This document shows, piece after piece, positions 28,896 to 40,428 of a DNA stretch of 64,000 nt (the first letter of the stretch is position 1; every line of letters begins with the position of its first letter). Below the pieces are notes generated by a model. That model ran no database searches. It had not been told where the DNA came from and saw only the letters and a list, made by a program, of their open reading frames with translations. Source of the stretch: a virus; IMG/VR virus record IMGVR_UViG_3300035183_000096, positions 1 to 64,000 of that record. The stretch is one strand, 5' to 3'. The translations under genes were made by a program, and so were the position numbers.

Positions 28896-29855
28896 ATGAG
28901 CTTTCTACAAGATAGTGATTTTGATTTGATTGATTCAGATAATGTGCAACAGTTCTGCGGTTGGGCGGGCGAAGAGTTGGCTGCCGAAGAGTTTGATTTA
29001 ATAAAAGATAAGTTTGTAGAATTTAGAATCGTAGGGGCATCTCCGTTTAAGGCTGAAAGACGTATGATGTTGTATGATGTCGTCCGTAAGGTATTAGGTA
29101 AGGATACGCCAAACTATCCTCAGCAAATAGGAGATTGCGTGAGTTTTGGAGCAAAGAACGCCATTGAGTATCTACAATGTTGTGAAATACTAATTAATGG
29201 CGACAACGAAAGGTTTAGGCCTATCTATCCTCCATACTTATATGGTACTGGTAGAGTTTTTGTTGGCCGTGGACAATTAGATAGGAGTGGAGATGGAAGT
29301 CTAGGTAGCTGGATGGCAAAGGCTGTTATTGATTATGGAGCAATAGCTTCTGATGAAAATAATCTGCCTCAATACTCTGGTAGTGTAGCTAAGAAATGGG
29401 GCAATAGTCCTGGGCCACCTAAAGAATTTGTTGATATAGGCAAACAACATTTAGTTAAATCAGCCGCCCAAATTAGAAGTTGGGATGATTTAGTACAGGC
29501 TATTTGTAACGGCTATCCATGTACGGTTGCATCTAATCAAGGATTCACCATGCGTGCCGACAGTAATGGTTTTCATAATCCAGAAGGAAATTGGGGACAC
29601 CAGATGTGTATTATAGGAGTAGATGACGAATACTCTGACCCTTATGCTATCATTCTTAATAGCTGGGGTGATTCTCATGGAGTGTTAAAGGATTTCAAGA
29701 CGGGAGAAAATCTGCCCGTTGGTTGTATTCGCGCTCGTAAAAGAGTAATTGAGTCTATGATTAGAGCCGGTGAAACTTTCGCTTATAGTAACTTCGTTGG
29801 TTTCCCAGGTCAAAACGATATTATTGATGCAAGATTGTTCGATTTAATAAGTTAG
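28896..29855 (+). CDS. papain-like (C1) cysteine peptidase
   Basis: QQIGDCVSFG (Cys), GHQMCIIG (His), ILNSWG (Asn). Confidence 0.85.
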   Translation: MSFLQDSDFDLIDSDNVQQFCGWAGEELAAEEFDLIKDKFVEFRIVGASPFKAERRMMLYDVVRKVLGKDTPNYPQQIGDCVSFGAKNAIEYLQCCEILINGDNERFRPIYPPYLYGTGRVFVGRGQLDRSGDGSLGSWMAKAVIDYGAIASDENNLPQYSGSVAKKWGNSPGPPKEFVDIGKQHLVKSAAQIRSWDDLVQAICNGYPCTVASNQGFTMRADSNGFHNPEGNWGHQMCIIGVDDEYSDPYAIILNSWGDSHGVLKDFKTGENLPVGCIRARKRVIESMIRAGETFAYSNFVGFPGQNDIIDARLFDLIS

Positions 29856-29863
29856 AGGTATAT

Positions 29864-30319
29864 ATGAAAACATTAGCAGTGATAGCTTGGCTTTTACTGT
29901 CCACACAATTTTCTTTTGCTCAAGATACTGAACTTAGAGATGAAGACTTCAGTATGATAAGTAAGGCTAAAGTGGTTGTGGTGGCATATGGTATGGATTA
30001 CGACAAAGCTATTGATTTAGCCAGGCGTACTGGTAAGATAATACTTGTCAGTAAAGGTGTTGATAAAGAAAAAGCCGCAAATGATGCTAGGCAAAACGGT
30101 TACATATATGTAAATGCCGATGGTGATAGTAGATTCTTTAATGGTATAAGTAAAATAAAGTTTGTAGATGGTAAAGCTATGTATATTCAACTACCATACA
30201 CGCAGGAGGTTAGGGAACATATAATGAGGATTAGTCGTCCAGTACAACAATCTCAGCCGGTTGTAATTAGACAACAACCTCCACGCATAATGATGGGCGG
30301 CGGCTCTTGTGTTGGCTGA
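29864..30319 (+). CDS. secreted protein
   Basis: Signal peptide ending SFA-Q. Confidence 0.55.
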   Translation: MKTLAVIAWLLLSTQFSFAQDTELRDEDFSMISKAKVVVVAYGMDYDKAIDLARRTGKIILVSKGVDKEKAANDARQNGYIYVNADGDSRFFNGISKIKFVDGKAMYIQLPYTQEVREHIMRISRPVQQSQPVVIRQQPPRIMMGGGSCVG

Positions 30320-30729
30320 CGTTAATTTATATGCCGCAGTTGCGGCAAGGAAAACATATGACTTTAGCACAGAAAGTAATGAACAATATAAAAGTGGACC
30401 CAAAATCTCCAGCTTTAGCTATTGACCCAGCAAGTCTTCTTATTCTTATTGAAAGTGTAATGAAGATAGTGTTTAGCTTAGTTGATAGGTGTAAGCAGCC
30501 TATTGAAAAGGTGGCCAATAATCCTGATTTCTTCCAACTATGGAAGTTGAAAAATATTATTAGCCAGGTTACTAACGACCCTAGAACTGCCGAAGAAGTA
30601 AGAAAGGCGTTAATATCAACTGGTAAGGTGGCCACAAAAGATGAGCTGGAAGCTGAGAGACTTAGACTTAGCTTTGACATGATTAGTTAATTTATGGCGG
30701 CGGTGTCAAAAAACGCCGCCGCTTTTCTA

Positions 30730-30758
30730 TTGACATTCCTTCTTTTGAGTGATAAAAT
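30730..30758 (+). promoter_or_regulatory. sigma70 promoter for nrdJ
   Basis: TTGACA-17 nt-TAAAAT following a GC-rich terminator-like hairpin. Confidence 0.75.
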
Positions 30759-30847
30759 ACCTAATCGCGACAATTCTAAACTCTCTGGTATAGAATGGGA
30801 ACACCATCATGAAATGCCGCGGAAATTGGAGTGTGGAGGAATGAAGA

Positions 30848-33370
30848 ATGCCCTACAAGTATAATGATGCTCTAAAAGCAAGTAAAACCTATTTTGGTGG
30901 GGAAGATTTGCCTGCGAGAGTGTTTTTAGACAAGTATGCTTTAAGGAATACTGATAACGAATTACTAGAGTGTGTTCCAACACAAATGCACGAAAGAATA
31001 GCTAAAGAGTTCCATAGGATAGAAAAAATCAAGTTTAAGAATCCTATGTCGTATGAAGAGATTCTTGGTTACATCAACGATTTTGGTTCGATTATCCCGC
31101 AGGGCGGACCAATGTTTGGTATAGGCAACAAGTATCAATTTGCAACCCTGTCAAACTGCTATGTTCTTGACACACCTGAAGATAGTTACGGTGGCATCCT
31201 TCACACGGACCAACAGCTCGTCCAGATAGCTAAACGTCGCGGTGGTAATGGCCTAGACCTAAGTAATCTTAGACCAGTACAATCAGCAACAAAAAACTCA
31301 TCTAGGACAAGCACAGGTATTGTTCCTTTTGCTAAACGCTATTCCAATTCCACTCGCGAAGTTGGGCAGGGTGGAAGGCGTGGCGCTCTTATGATTACAT
31401 TGAGTGTTCATCATCCACAGATTCTTGATTTCGTTACAATGAAGCATGACTTAACTCAAGTTACTGGAGCTAACATTTCAGTTAAGCTAAGTGATGAATT
31501 TTTAGAAGCCCTTGAAAATAATGAAGACTTTGAGCTTAGATGGCCTGTAAGCAAAGAAAAAGGTGATGGTGAGGAAGGTTATTACTATGATGGTCAATAT
31601 AACGACAAGCCCAAGATTAGTATAAAGACATCTGCCGCTAAGGTGTGGGATGCTATTATTCATAGCGCTTGGTTGACAGCCGAGCCGGGTATTTTGTTCT
31701 GGGATAGTATTCTCAAGGAAAGTCCTGCTGATTGTTACGCTAGCCTTGGCTTTAGAACTGTAAGCACAAATCCTTGCGGTGAAATTCCACTATGCGTACT
31801 TGATAGTTGCAGATTATTAGTAGTTAACCTACTCAAGTGTGTTCGTAATCCATTTACAAAGGATGCCTACTTTGATTATGAGTTGCTCTATAAGTTGGCC
31901 CAAGTTGCCCAACGCTTTATGGATAACATAATTGACCTTGAACTTGAATGTATTGACCGTATAATCAAGAAGATTAATAATGACCCGGAGCCTGATTATA
32001 TTAAAGCCCCCGAGCTTGCAACTTGGAAACGTATTCGTGAAAAGTGCAAGAAGGGTCGTAGGACTGGTACTGGCATTACAGCGTTAGCTGATGCTATGGC
32101 CGCTGTAAATGTCAAATATGGTAGCGAAGAAAGTGTGGTATTCACAGACAAAGTTTATCAAACGCTTAAGTTAGGTTGTTACAGGTCAAGCGTTGATATG
32201 GCTAAGGAACTTGGTCCCTTTCCTATTTGGGATAAAGCTCTCGAAAAACACAACCCGTTCTTGCTTAGAATTAAGAGTGAGGACGCCGAACTCTATGCTG
32301 ATATGCAAAAGTATGGTAGGCGTAATATAGCTTTGTTGACTACCGCTCCTACTGGTAGCACCAGTTTAGTTACACAGGTTTTCAAAGATAAAGAAATACG
32401 CTTATATGGCACTAGCTCAGGTATTGAGCCTTGTTATAAGATGTTACATAAGCGTCGTAAAAAAATTAATCCTAGTGAGGAAAACATTGGTAGTATTCAA
32501 GTTGCTTTTACTGATGAAAATGGAGATAAGTGGGAGGAGTTTATAGTTTATCATCCTGCTATAAAGTATTGGATGAAGGTGACTGGTGCTGAAGACGCCA
32601 CAGAATCCCCTTATGCTGGAGCGTGCGCAGAAGATATAGATTGGACAATGAGAGTGAAGATACAAGCGGCGGCTCAGCGTCATATAGACCATTCTATTAG
32701 TAGTACGGTAAATTTACCTAATAATGTGACAGTAGATGAAGTGAAGAAGATTTATGTAGCTGCATGGAAAGCGGGTTGTAAAGGTATGACTGTCTATCGT
32801 GATGGATGTCGTAGCGGCATACTTGTTGAGGCTAAACAAAATGAGTCAATCAAGAAAAATGATGCCGTAAAACGTCCTAGAAAGTTATTCTGTGAATTGC
32901 ATAAAATTAGCGTATCGCATAAAAGGTATATGATAATCGTTGGCTTAATGAATAGGGAGCCTTATGAGGTTTTTGTATTACCTATGGATAAGTTGGATAA
33001 AGAAACATTTATAGAATCTGGTTTCTTGCATAAGGTTAAGAGAGGGCATTATAGTTTGGTTTCTGACAAAGGCAACATAATCTATGATAACGTAGCTGAT
33101 TATTGCTCCGATGAACAGGAATCATTAGCTAGGTTGACGAGTGCAAGTCTTCGTCATGGCGTTCGTGTAAACTTTGTTGTAGAACAATTGGAGCGTACTA
33201 AGGGAAACATACTATCCTTTAGTAAGGCTGTAGCTAGAGCTTTGAAGAAGTATATACCTGATGGTACCAAAGTAACTGGCGACGAATGTCCTAGTTGTAA
33301 AAGTGATAACCTTGTTCGTTCCGAGGGTTGCAAGATTTGTAAAGACTGTTCATGGAGTGCGTGTAGTTAA
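30848..33370 (+). CDS. nrdJ: class II (B12-dependent) ribonucleotide reductase
   Basis: LSNCYV, TNPCGEIPL, TAPTGS, ISSTVNLP, GCKGMTVYRDG, C-terminal zinc-ribbon/SACS; no nrdB adjacent. Confidence 0.9.
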   Translation: MPYKYNDALKASKTYFGGEDLPARVFLDKYALRNTDNELLECVPTQMHERIAKEFHRIEKIKFKNPMSYEEILGYINDFGSIIPQGGPMFGIGNKYQFATLSNCYVLDTPEDSYGGILHTDQQLVQIAKRRGGNGLDLSNLRPVQSATKNSSRTSTGIVPFAKRYSNSTREVGQGGRRGALMITLSVHHPQILDFVTMKHDLTQVTGANISVKLSDEFLEALENNEDFELRWPVSKEKGDGEEGYYYDGQYNDKPKISIKTSAAKVWDAIIHSAWLTAEPGILFWDSILKESPADCYASLGFRTVSTNPCGEIPLCVLDSCRLLVVNLLKCVRNPFTKDAYFDYELLYKLAQVAQRFMDNIIDLELECIDRIIKKINNDPEPDYIKAPELATWKRIREKCKKGRRTGTGITALADAMAAVNVKYGSEESVVFTDKVYQTLKLGCYRSSVDMAKELGPFPIWDKALEKHNPFLLRIKSEDAELYADMQKYGRRNIALLTTAPTGSTSLVTQVFKDKEIRLYGTSSGIEPCYKMLHKRRKKINPSEENIGSIQVAFTDENGDKWEEFIVYHPAIKYWMKVTGAEDATESPYAGACAEDIDWTMRVKIQAAAQRHIDHSISSTVNLPNNVTVDEVKKIYVAAWKAGCKGMTVYRDGCRSGILVEAKQNESIKKNDAVKRPRKLFCELHKISVSHKRYMIIVGLMNREPYEVFVLPMDKLDKETFIESGFLHKVKRGHYSLVSDKGNIIYDNVADYCSDEQESLARLTSASLRHGVRVNFVVEQLERTKGNILSFSKAVARALKKYIPDGTKVTGDECPSCKSDNLVRSEGCKICKDCSWSACS

Positions 33371-33380
33371 CGAGATGTTC

Positions 33381-33409
33381 TTGACACACAGTAAAAAATG
33401 TGGTAAAAT
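33381..33409 (+). promoter_or_regulatory. sigma70 promoter
   Basis: TTGACA-17 nt-TAAAAT with extended -10 TG, only about 6 nt before the ATG (possibly leaderless mRNA). Confidence 0.7.
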
Positions 33410-33415
33410 TCAACA

Positions 33416-33904
33416 ATGAAACCTTGCCTAATTCTAAACAAAGATTATCGTGTGTTAAGGGTAGCACCCTGGAAAGACGCTGTATGTCTTGAATATCAGG
33501 GAAAGGGTTTAGTCCTAGAAAGGTATCCTGAGCATGTTAAGACTGTAAAGGGCTACTACCAGTTACCTGCTGTTATTGTAATTAAAGATAGATTCGTTAA
33601 GTTTGTCCGTAGAAAAGTGAAGATGAGGAAGAAGAATATCTTTATTAGGGATAAGTTTAAATGTGCTTACTGTGGTCAAACATTCGATAGGGAAAAACTA
33701 ACCGTTGACCATGTTTATCCTAAGTCTAAGGGTGGTAAGTCCACTTGGGATAATTTGGTTACCGCATGTATCTTGTGTAATCGCATAAAGGGAGACACCG
33801 ACAAAATGAAACCGTTATGGAAGCCATATGAGCCAAAAGCTCATCAGGTCTTTATAGTTGGCAAGATACAACCTGAGTGGAGAAACTACATTGTTGAAGA
33901 CTAA
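33416..33904 (+). CDS. HNH endonuclease (McrA-like)
   Basis: RDKFKCAYCG, TVDHVYPKSKGGKSTWDNLVTACILCN. Confidence 0.92.
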   Translation: MKPCLILNKDYRVLRVAPWKDAVCLEYQGKGLVLERYPEHVKTVKGYYQLPAVIVIKDRFVKFVRRKVKMRKKNIFIRDKFKCAYCGQTFDREKLTVDHVYPKSKGGKSTWDNLVTACILCNRIKGDTDKMKPLWKPYEPKAHQVFIVGKIQPEWRNYIVED

Positions 33905-33972
33905 GGAAAAAGGGGTATATTATTAGTAGTGACTGGAATATAATGTAAAAAGCTGCTTACGAGTTATAACAT

Positions 33973-34386
33973 ATGCCAATATATCAATTTCGCTGCTCTG
34001 CGTGTGGTAATGAATTCGACCATTTTCAAACATTTACTGAGTTCGATAAGGGGGAGTTGCCTAATTGTACTTGTGGACATCAAGCTCAAAGAGAGGTAAC
34101 CGCTCCCCTATTTGTATTTGACTCAACCCCAAAAACAGTAGGCTCTTTGGCTGAACGCAACACCCATAAGTTTGGTTCATATTATCGTGAAAAAATGGAG
34201 CGTGAACATGAAGAATCTGCTAAGAAAGCTAGAAAGGCTTTATCGCCCAATTCGAGCGGTGTGGTGAATAACAAAAGCAAGTTTAAGAGATATTGGCCTA
34301 AGATGTCTAATAAAGCACTTAAAAAGATGAGTAAAAAACAGTTAAGGGATTATGTTACATCAGATACAGAACCAAAGGAAATGTAA
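33973..34386 (+). CDS. FmdB-type zinc-ribbon protein
   Basis: MPIYQFRCSACGNEF..PNCTCG. Confidence 0.75.
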   Translation: MPIYQFRCSACGNEFDHFQTFTEFDKGELPNCTCGHQAQREVTAPLFVFDSTPKTVGSLAERNTHKFGSYYREKMEREHEESAKKARKALSPNSSGVVNNKSKFKRYWPKMSNKALKKMSKKQLRDYVTSDTEPKEM

Positions 34387-36517
34387 TGAGTCATCCACAC
34401 GCACCACATAATGTGACATTGGTTTTAAGAATAGGAACTCACGAACAAAGAGCGGTAGGTGATTTTGTATCAATAGAACCAGAACAACAATATCTGTTTT
34501 CCCTACCTTGCAGGAATCTACAAGAGGCTCAAAGAGCCAAGAAGGAATTAGTAGAGGTTATACAACAATGCTTAAAGCAAAAAAGATTAGAAATGTCTCC
34601 GACAAAGCAATAATTAGCGATGGTGGTGAAGTCATACTTAGTTGCAGCAATAGCGATTGTAAGCAACCATTAGTTAGACTTTGGATAACTAGACCAGACG
34701 CTAGATACACGTGGAAAGTAAAAGCCACTTGTCCATATTGCGATGGCGAAAGTGAGACAGAAGAAGTGTGTGGTATGTTTCATCAAGCTCCGTACTCATA
34801 TGACTTCAATGAAGAAACATTAGAAGACGAAGGTGAATTGTACATCAACGGAATGCGTGAAGAAGATAATGTTGTTGTACTAATTATTAAGAGGCACGAA
34901 AATGGCAGAAAAGAAGATTAAGTTAAGACAAGAACCAAATATAGAAATAGAAATAGGTTATGCGATGGGTGGTCAGATTATTGATTCTGATGAACCAGAA
35001 TCGTTGGCAAAAGTAGTTCATGTCGGCAAAAACATACAATACTATGTTAAGTATGCCACATATGGTGGAGATGCTGGACATATGGTAAATCCAAATGGCT
35101 TAAACCATAATAAGAGTGATTTTACAGCAATTGATAGATATGGTCGCGAGAAATATACTTACCGTAAGGTAAGAAAAGAAGTATTTGATTTGTATAAGAA
35201 ATTTTTAGAAACGAGGAATATAGCATGGCTAAGACAAGCAGAAAGAGTGATATAAAGCAAAAGATAGACAGTGTTGCTTCTTCTCCTGAAAATAAACAGC
35301 CCGTTACTGATGATAAGCCTTTTAATGAAATTGAACAGGCATACATTCTGTCAAACATTAAAAATAAGCAACTTAGTGTAATTGCTGAAGAGCTTAAAAC
35401 GACCAAAGACAAGATTAAGGCTTTCATTCGCAGTTTAAGACGCGGTAAGGGGCTGTCCCAAAGACTGTTCGGTAGGCACAAATCTGGTGGAGTAGTGATT
35501 GCAAGCCAAGAGGCTTCCCAAAGAGCGGACGAATATAACAAAAGAATAAATAAAAATGATTATTATAACTTAAGTGATTATATATTTAGGCCAAAGTAAG
35601 ACTAATCATGATATGTACCAAATTCGATGAATACTTCGAGTGGCTCGGTCTTATTAAAAGAGAAGCTCCGTGGGTTGTCGAATTGAGTAATGGAGAGGTG
35701 GTATATCAAGACGATTATCGTGGCGAATACTTACTTTTTAAGGGAGAGTATGGTCACGATAATCGTCGCTCTTGGGATATATTGAAAGATTACATTTCTG
35801 CTAACAATCTATACATTCATAAGATGTATCTCAAAAACTACAATAATATAGTTGAGCCGTTACCATTAGATGCCGATGGATACTTCTTTAAGAAAGGGGC
35901 ACTAGGTAAGTTATTTAGTAGTACAACTCGCCAATATGCCATCATAGGATATTATGATAAGGCAACTAAAAAAACAAAGACATTCAAATATGCACTACCA
36001 GACTTACTATTGGTAGAGTTTGATGAGAGAATTGTGGATATAAATACACCATCTCTAATACTAAGGAAAGAATATAACTCGGTATAGAAAGAGGTTTGCA
36101 TGAAACAAGTTTATACATCCAGATATACCGATAGAAAGATAACTGCCGCTCAACGTATAGCTGAAATAGTATGTGAAAAACTAGCCGACAAAGAAAAGAA
36201 AGTTTTAACTGATAAGTTCTGGAATAAACCAGAATGGGAAAAGGTTTACAAACAACAACTTTATCTTGCTAACTCTTTGTTGAAATTATATTCAGCAGAG
36301 GCTATCATTGCAGCGCTTAGAGACAAAAGAGCTTATGACGTATATTCGCTGGGTGCTGATTTTGTCTTAGATAAGATATTTCAAGAGGAACAAGCTAAAA
36401 TTGATAATAGAGAGGCTAATATGATTGCCCCGCCAGAACAGGAACTTGTGAAAGAATTGCCTCGTCAGCCAGTAAAGAAAAAATCAATCTATTCTAAGTT
36501 AATGAGGTTAGACGACG

Positions 36518-37567
36518 ATGGCAATAGTATCAGGTAATAATGTAATTAAGGATTACATTAAGAAGAATTATGGTAATGATATTTTTAAGTCATCAAAAGA
36601 CATAATAGAACGTAAATGGGATATTCTTAGAGTTAGTCCTGCTATTAACGCCATGTTGGGAGGTGGAATACCAACGGGTTCGTGGGTTAATCTTGGCGGA
36701 AAACCAAAGTGTGGTAAAACAACTACTGTGTTGTGGATATGTTATAAAGCTCAAAAACTCCTTAAGATGCCTATATACTATTTGAATGTAGAACATAGAC
36801 TTAAGCCAATGAATTTTGAGGGTTTAGACATAGACCATGCTAATTTTCATATGATTCAATCTTCCGAAGATAAGATTTTATCTGCACAAGACTTTCTAAC
36901 AATAGCAGAACAAATTTTATTGAATAATAGTAAGATAGTTATGGTTATTGATAGCTTAGCTGCTTTAACGCACGAAAAGGAGTTGACTGAAGGTATCGGT
37001 GCTTCTACTCGTGGCGGTAGTGCTGCATTAGTTGCTCAATTTACAAGGCAAATGAGCGCTGTAGTACCTATTAAGAACCATATCATTCTTACAATTCAGC
37101 AGATACAAGCAAACACAAGCGGGTATGGCTCATCAACCGTGCTTAAGGGTGGTTATGCTATAGGTTATCAAGGCGATATTATTCTTCGCGAGCGAGGTGT
37201 AACCGATTGGATAGTTGGTGACAAACAGGTTGGACAAAAGGTGACGTGGGAAGCTGATTGTACAGCTTTGGGTGGAATGCCAGGAAGTAGATGCGAGTCT
37301 TCATTGCGTTATGGTGGTGGTATAGATGAAATTAACGAGCTTATTACACTTGGTAAAGGGTTTGGATTGATTAGTGGTTCATCATGGTTACTATTAGACT
37401 TTATTGAAGACCATTTAGCAGAGTTTGGTGAAAAGGTATGGGATGAAGCAACCAAGAGTAAGTATAAGACACACGGAGTCGAAAAAATGGCTGTGTTTCT
37501 AAAGGAAAATCCTAAAATTGCTGACACTCTTGAATCAGACATAATCAAACTCATAATGGGAAAATAA
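36518..37567 (+). CDS. RecA/UvsX-like recombinase
   Basis: LGGGIPTG, Walker A GKPKCGKT, Walker B VIDSLAAL. Confidence 0.85.
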   Translation: MAIVSGNNVIKDYIKKNYGNDIFKSSKDIIERKWDILRVSPAINAMLGGGIPTGSWVNLGGKPKCGKTTTVLWICYKAQKLLKMPIYYLNVEHRLKPMNFEGLDIDHANFHMIQSSEDKILSAQDFLTIAEQILLNNSKIVMVIDSLAALTHEKELTEGIGASTRGGSAALVAQFTRQMSAVVPIKNHIILTIQQIQANTSGYGSSTVLKGGYAIGYQGDIILRERGVTDWIVGDKQVGQKVTWEADCTALGGMPGSRCESSLRYGGGIDEINELITLGKGFGLISGSSWLLLDFIEDHLAEFGEKVWDEATKSKYKTHGVEKMAVFLKENPKIADTLESDIIKLIMGK

Positions 37568-37568
37568 T

Positions 37569-37979
37569 ATGAAAGTAACAGGACTTGACAACAGGACATA
37601 CACATTAGACTTAAGGGTTAAGGAAATATCAAGAGAAAATAAGTCTAAGTACCATTTGCTTGCTCGTCAAGTTATCTCGGAAGTTTTTCCATTGATTAGA
37701 ACGGTAGAGGAAGTTCATATACCTGGATGCGGCAACTCTGTGTATATAGATTTCTTTCTACCTATCATGAAGATTGCGGTGGAAGTACAAGGTGAACAAC
37801 ATTATAAGTTTATCTCTCATTTTCATCGCAATAAACTTTCCTTTGCTAAAGCGCGTACAAGAGATAAGCAAAAGAAAGAATGGTGTGAGTTAAACGACAT
37901 TGTATTGATTGAGTTTGTCTTTAATGAACCATATGATATTTGGAAGGAGAAATTGGCCAATGCCTACAGAGAAGACTAG
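37569..37979 (+). CDS. Vsr/DUF559-like endonuclease
   Basis: YIDFF..IAVEVQGEQHY..RDKQKKEWCELN. Confidence 0.8.
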   Translation: MKVTGLDNRTYTLDLRVKEISRENKSKYHLLARQVISEVFPLIRTVEEVHIPGCGNSVYIDFFLPIMKIAVEVQGEQHYKFISHFHRNKLSFAKARTRDKQKKEWCELNDIVLIEFVFNEPYDIWKEKLANAYRED

Positions 37980-38961
37980 CCAAGAAAATTCTATTGATAA
38001 ACTAATGGAATCATTAGATAGGTTCCTTGATGATAGACACATTTTTAGTGTTAATGTTGATAATAATTTAGAGGATTTGTTGGATGTAGATAGAGATGCT
38101 TTGAAAACTATGAGCTTTGAGGAATGCGGTGAGAATGCTGTGCTTTTGGCTAAATATGCTTACTATATACAGAGACTTGTTAATAAGGAAACAGCAGCTA
38201 TTCACTTAATAGAAGCATCTCTTGATAGTATAGTTGGTAAGTATTTTGGTAGCTACAAGGGAAGCAAGTGGGTAAGTAAGGATGAGGTTAGATTGAGAAT
38301 CATATCAGATAATGATGCAGCCAAGGAATATAACAGACTTCGCGTGTTAGCCCAGGCTAGAATAGATGAATTATCATACTTAGCCAATCGAGTACAATTT
38401 ATGTCTCAAACATTTTTAGATTTACAGCAAAGTAAACGTGCGGCAACTTTTAGAGGTAAAAACTAATGAGTATAATAAGCAATATGTCTAAAATGAAAGA
38501 AGCTATTCTAAAAAACCCAACTCCAGAATTGTTAAGAGCTTACGAGGATATATTTGGCGAAAAATTGGAAGCGGAGTTGCCAAACCCCAATTCCGATGAT
38601 AAAATCGAAGTGCCGGCTAGTAAACCAATCACGCCAACAACTCATCATGAGAATGTTGGTAGAAAACATCGCAGTAAAAAGCATGCTAATAGAAGGTTTG
38701 ATAAAATTGGCAAAAGACCAATGAGGATGGAGCCATATACTCCTCCTAGTAAACTGAATTTCTTTGAAAGTAAGGAAGTTGGTAAGGAGGAGTTGGATGC
38801 TAAGTTTCCTATCCCTAGAAGTCCGCGAATCAAGCCTAAACATCGCAAAATTAAAGTGATGTGTCGTAAGTGTGGGGCAAAAGAAAGAATCTCAGAGAAC
38901 TTCCCTCTTGTCGATATAAGACGATATGTATGTAACGAATGTTCAATCAGAGGAGCATAGG

Positions 38962-40428
38962 ATGAACGAAAGGCTAATAGAGGCTGGGTCTGAAAGAGCT
39001 TTGTTAGCTGGCGTATTTAATCATGGACATAAAGCGTTTGTTGAAATCAATGAAATAGTAAATGCTGGTTCTTTCAATGCTGATGTGACAAACCAAATAC
39101 TATGGAAATGCTTTCAACATTTCTACGACAATACCAGTGACCCAGAAGCTAAACCGGATATAGCTTCCATTTATGCTTCTGCTAAAGCAATAGGTCATGG
39201 CGGTCATTTTGATAAGGCGGAAGAGCAGAAGTATCTACGGAGCCTATCTAATTACCCAATACATTTTGATAGTCTCCGTAGATTAGCTGTTCGTCTTCGT
39301 AAATTTCAAGTCGCCAGAGAATTAAATGCGGAACTCTCGCTTGCTCAAGAAGAATTAAATAGTATAACTGGCGATGAGAGTCTTCATAAGATGTTATCTG
39401 TAGTTGAATCCAGAATACTTGATTTTGGTATTAAATTAGCAACAGACGGTGAAGAGGTTTCCTCAATCATAGGCGAAGGTATTGATGAATACTTACAGAA
39501 CATCTTTGATAATCCGAAACAGTGTGTTGGTATTTCGAGCGGATACCCTCTTTATGACAAATGTATAGGCGGCGGTCTTAGACGTGGCTCTGTAAATATC
39601 ATAGGTGCCCGTCCCAAGATTGGTAAGACTACGGTTGGTATCAATATAGGATTGCATGTTGCCTCCCTTGGAATACCAGTGCTTTATTGTGATATGGAAA
39701 TGGATAAAGAGGATTTTTGGGCAAAGATGTTGGCCAACTTAGCCAATGTTGAAATAAGCAAGATAGAAGAGGGCAGACTTGACGCAGCCGAGCGTAAAAG
39801 ATTAGTGATTGCTAAAGAGACTATCAAATCCCTACCTTTTTATTATGTGAACATAGCAGGCAAATCATTTGAAGAAACTATAGCTATAGTTAAGAGGTTA
39901 GTTCTAAAAAAAATAGGTCGTAACACCGATGGCCAAATCAAAGACTGTTTGATGATTTACGATTATTTCCGCCTTAACAATATTGAGAGCATAAGCAACG
40001 ATATCAAAGAGTATCAAGCTCTTGGCTTTCAAATTATTGCTTTGAAAATCTTTGCTAAGCGTATGGATATTCCAATTCTTAGTTTTATTCAACTTAACAG
40101 AGATGGCATCAATAAAGAAGATGCAGGTGTTGCTTCTGGTTCCGATAGAATTATTTGGTTGTGTAACAACTTTACAATCTTTAAGAAGAAGACTGAAGAA
40201 GAAAACGCTGATGATATAGCTAATAACAGGAGGGTTGCACTTCGTAAACTTGTTCCTATTGTGGCTCGTCACGGTGAAGGTCTTTCAGAAGGCGACTATA
40301 TTAACATATTCTTTGATGGTAAGTTTGCTAGGGTGAAAGAGGGCAAGACAAAAAGCCAATATAACAAACAGCCCAAGAATGATGGATTTGTGATGGAAAA
40401 AGACGATGACACGATTAGATTTGAATAA
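38962..40428 (+). CDS. dnaB: replicative DNA helicase
   Basis: GARPKIGKT, DMEM, IYDYF, QLNRDG. Confidence 0.92.
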   Translation: MNERLIEAGSERALLAGVFNHGHKAFVEINEIVNAGSFNADVTNQILWKCFQHFYDNTSDPEAKPDIASIYASAKAIGHGGHFDKAEEQKYLRSLSNYPIHFDSLRRLAVRLRKFQVARELNAELSLAQEELNSITGDESLHKMLSVVESRILDFGIKLATDGEEVSSIIGEGIDEYLQNIFDNPKQCVGISSGYPLYDKCIGGGLRRGSVNIIGARPKIGKTTVGINIGLHVASLGIPVLYCDMEMDKEDFWAKMLANLANVEISKIEEGRLDAAERKRLVIAKETIKSLPFYYVNIAGKSFEETIAIVKRLVLKKIGRNTDGQIKDCLMIYDYFRLNNIESISNDIKEYQALGFQIIALKIFAKRMDIPILSFIQLNRDGINKEDAGVASGSDRIIWLCNNFTIFKKKTEEENADDIANNRRVALRKLVPIVARHGEGLSEGDYINIFFDGKFARVKEGKTKSQYNKQPKNDGFVMEKDDDTIRFE

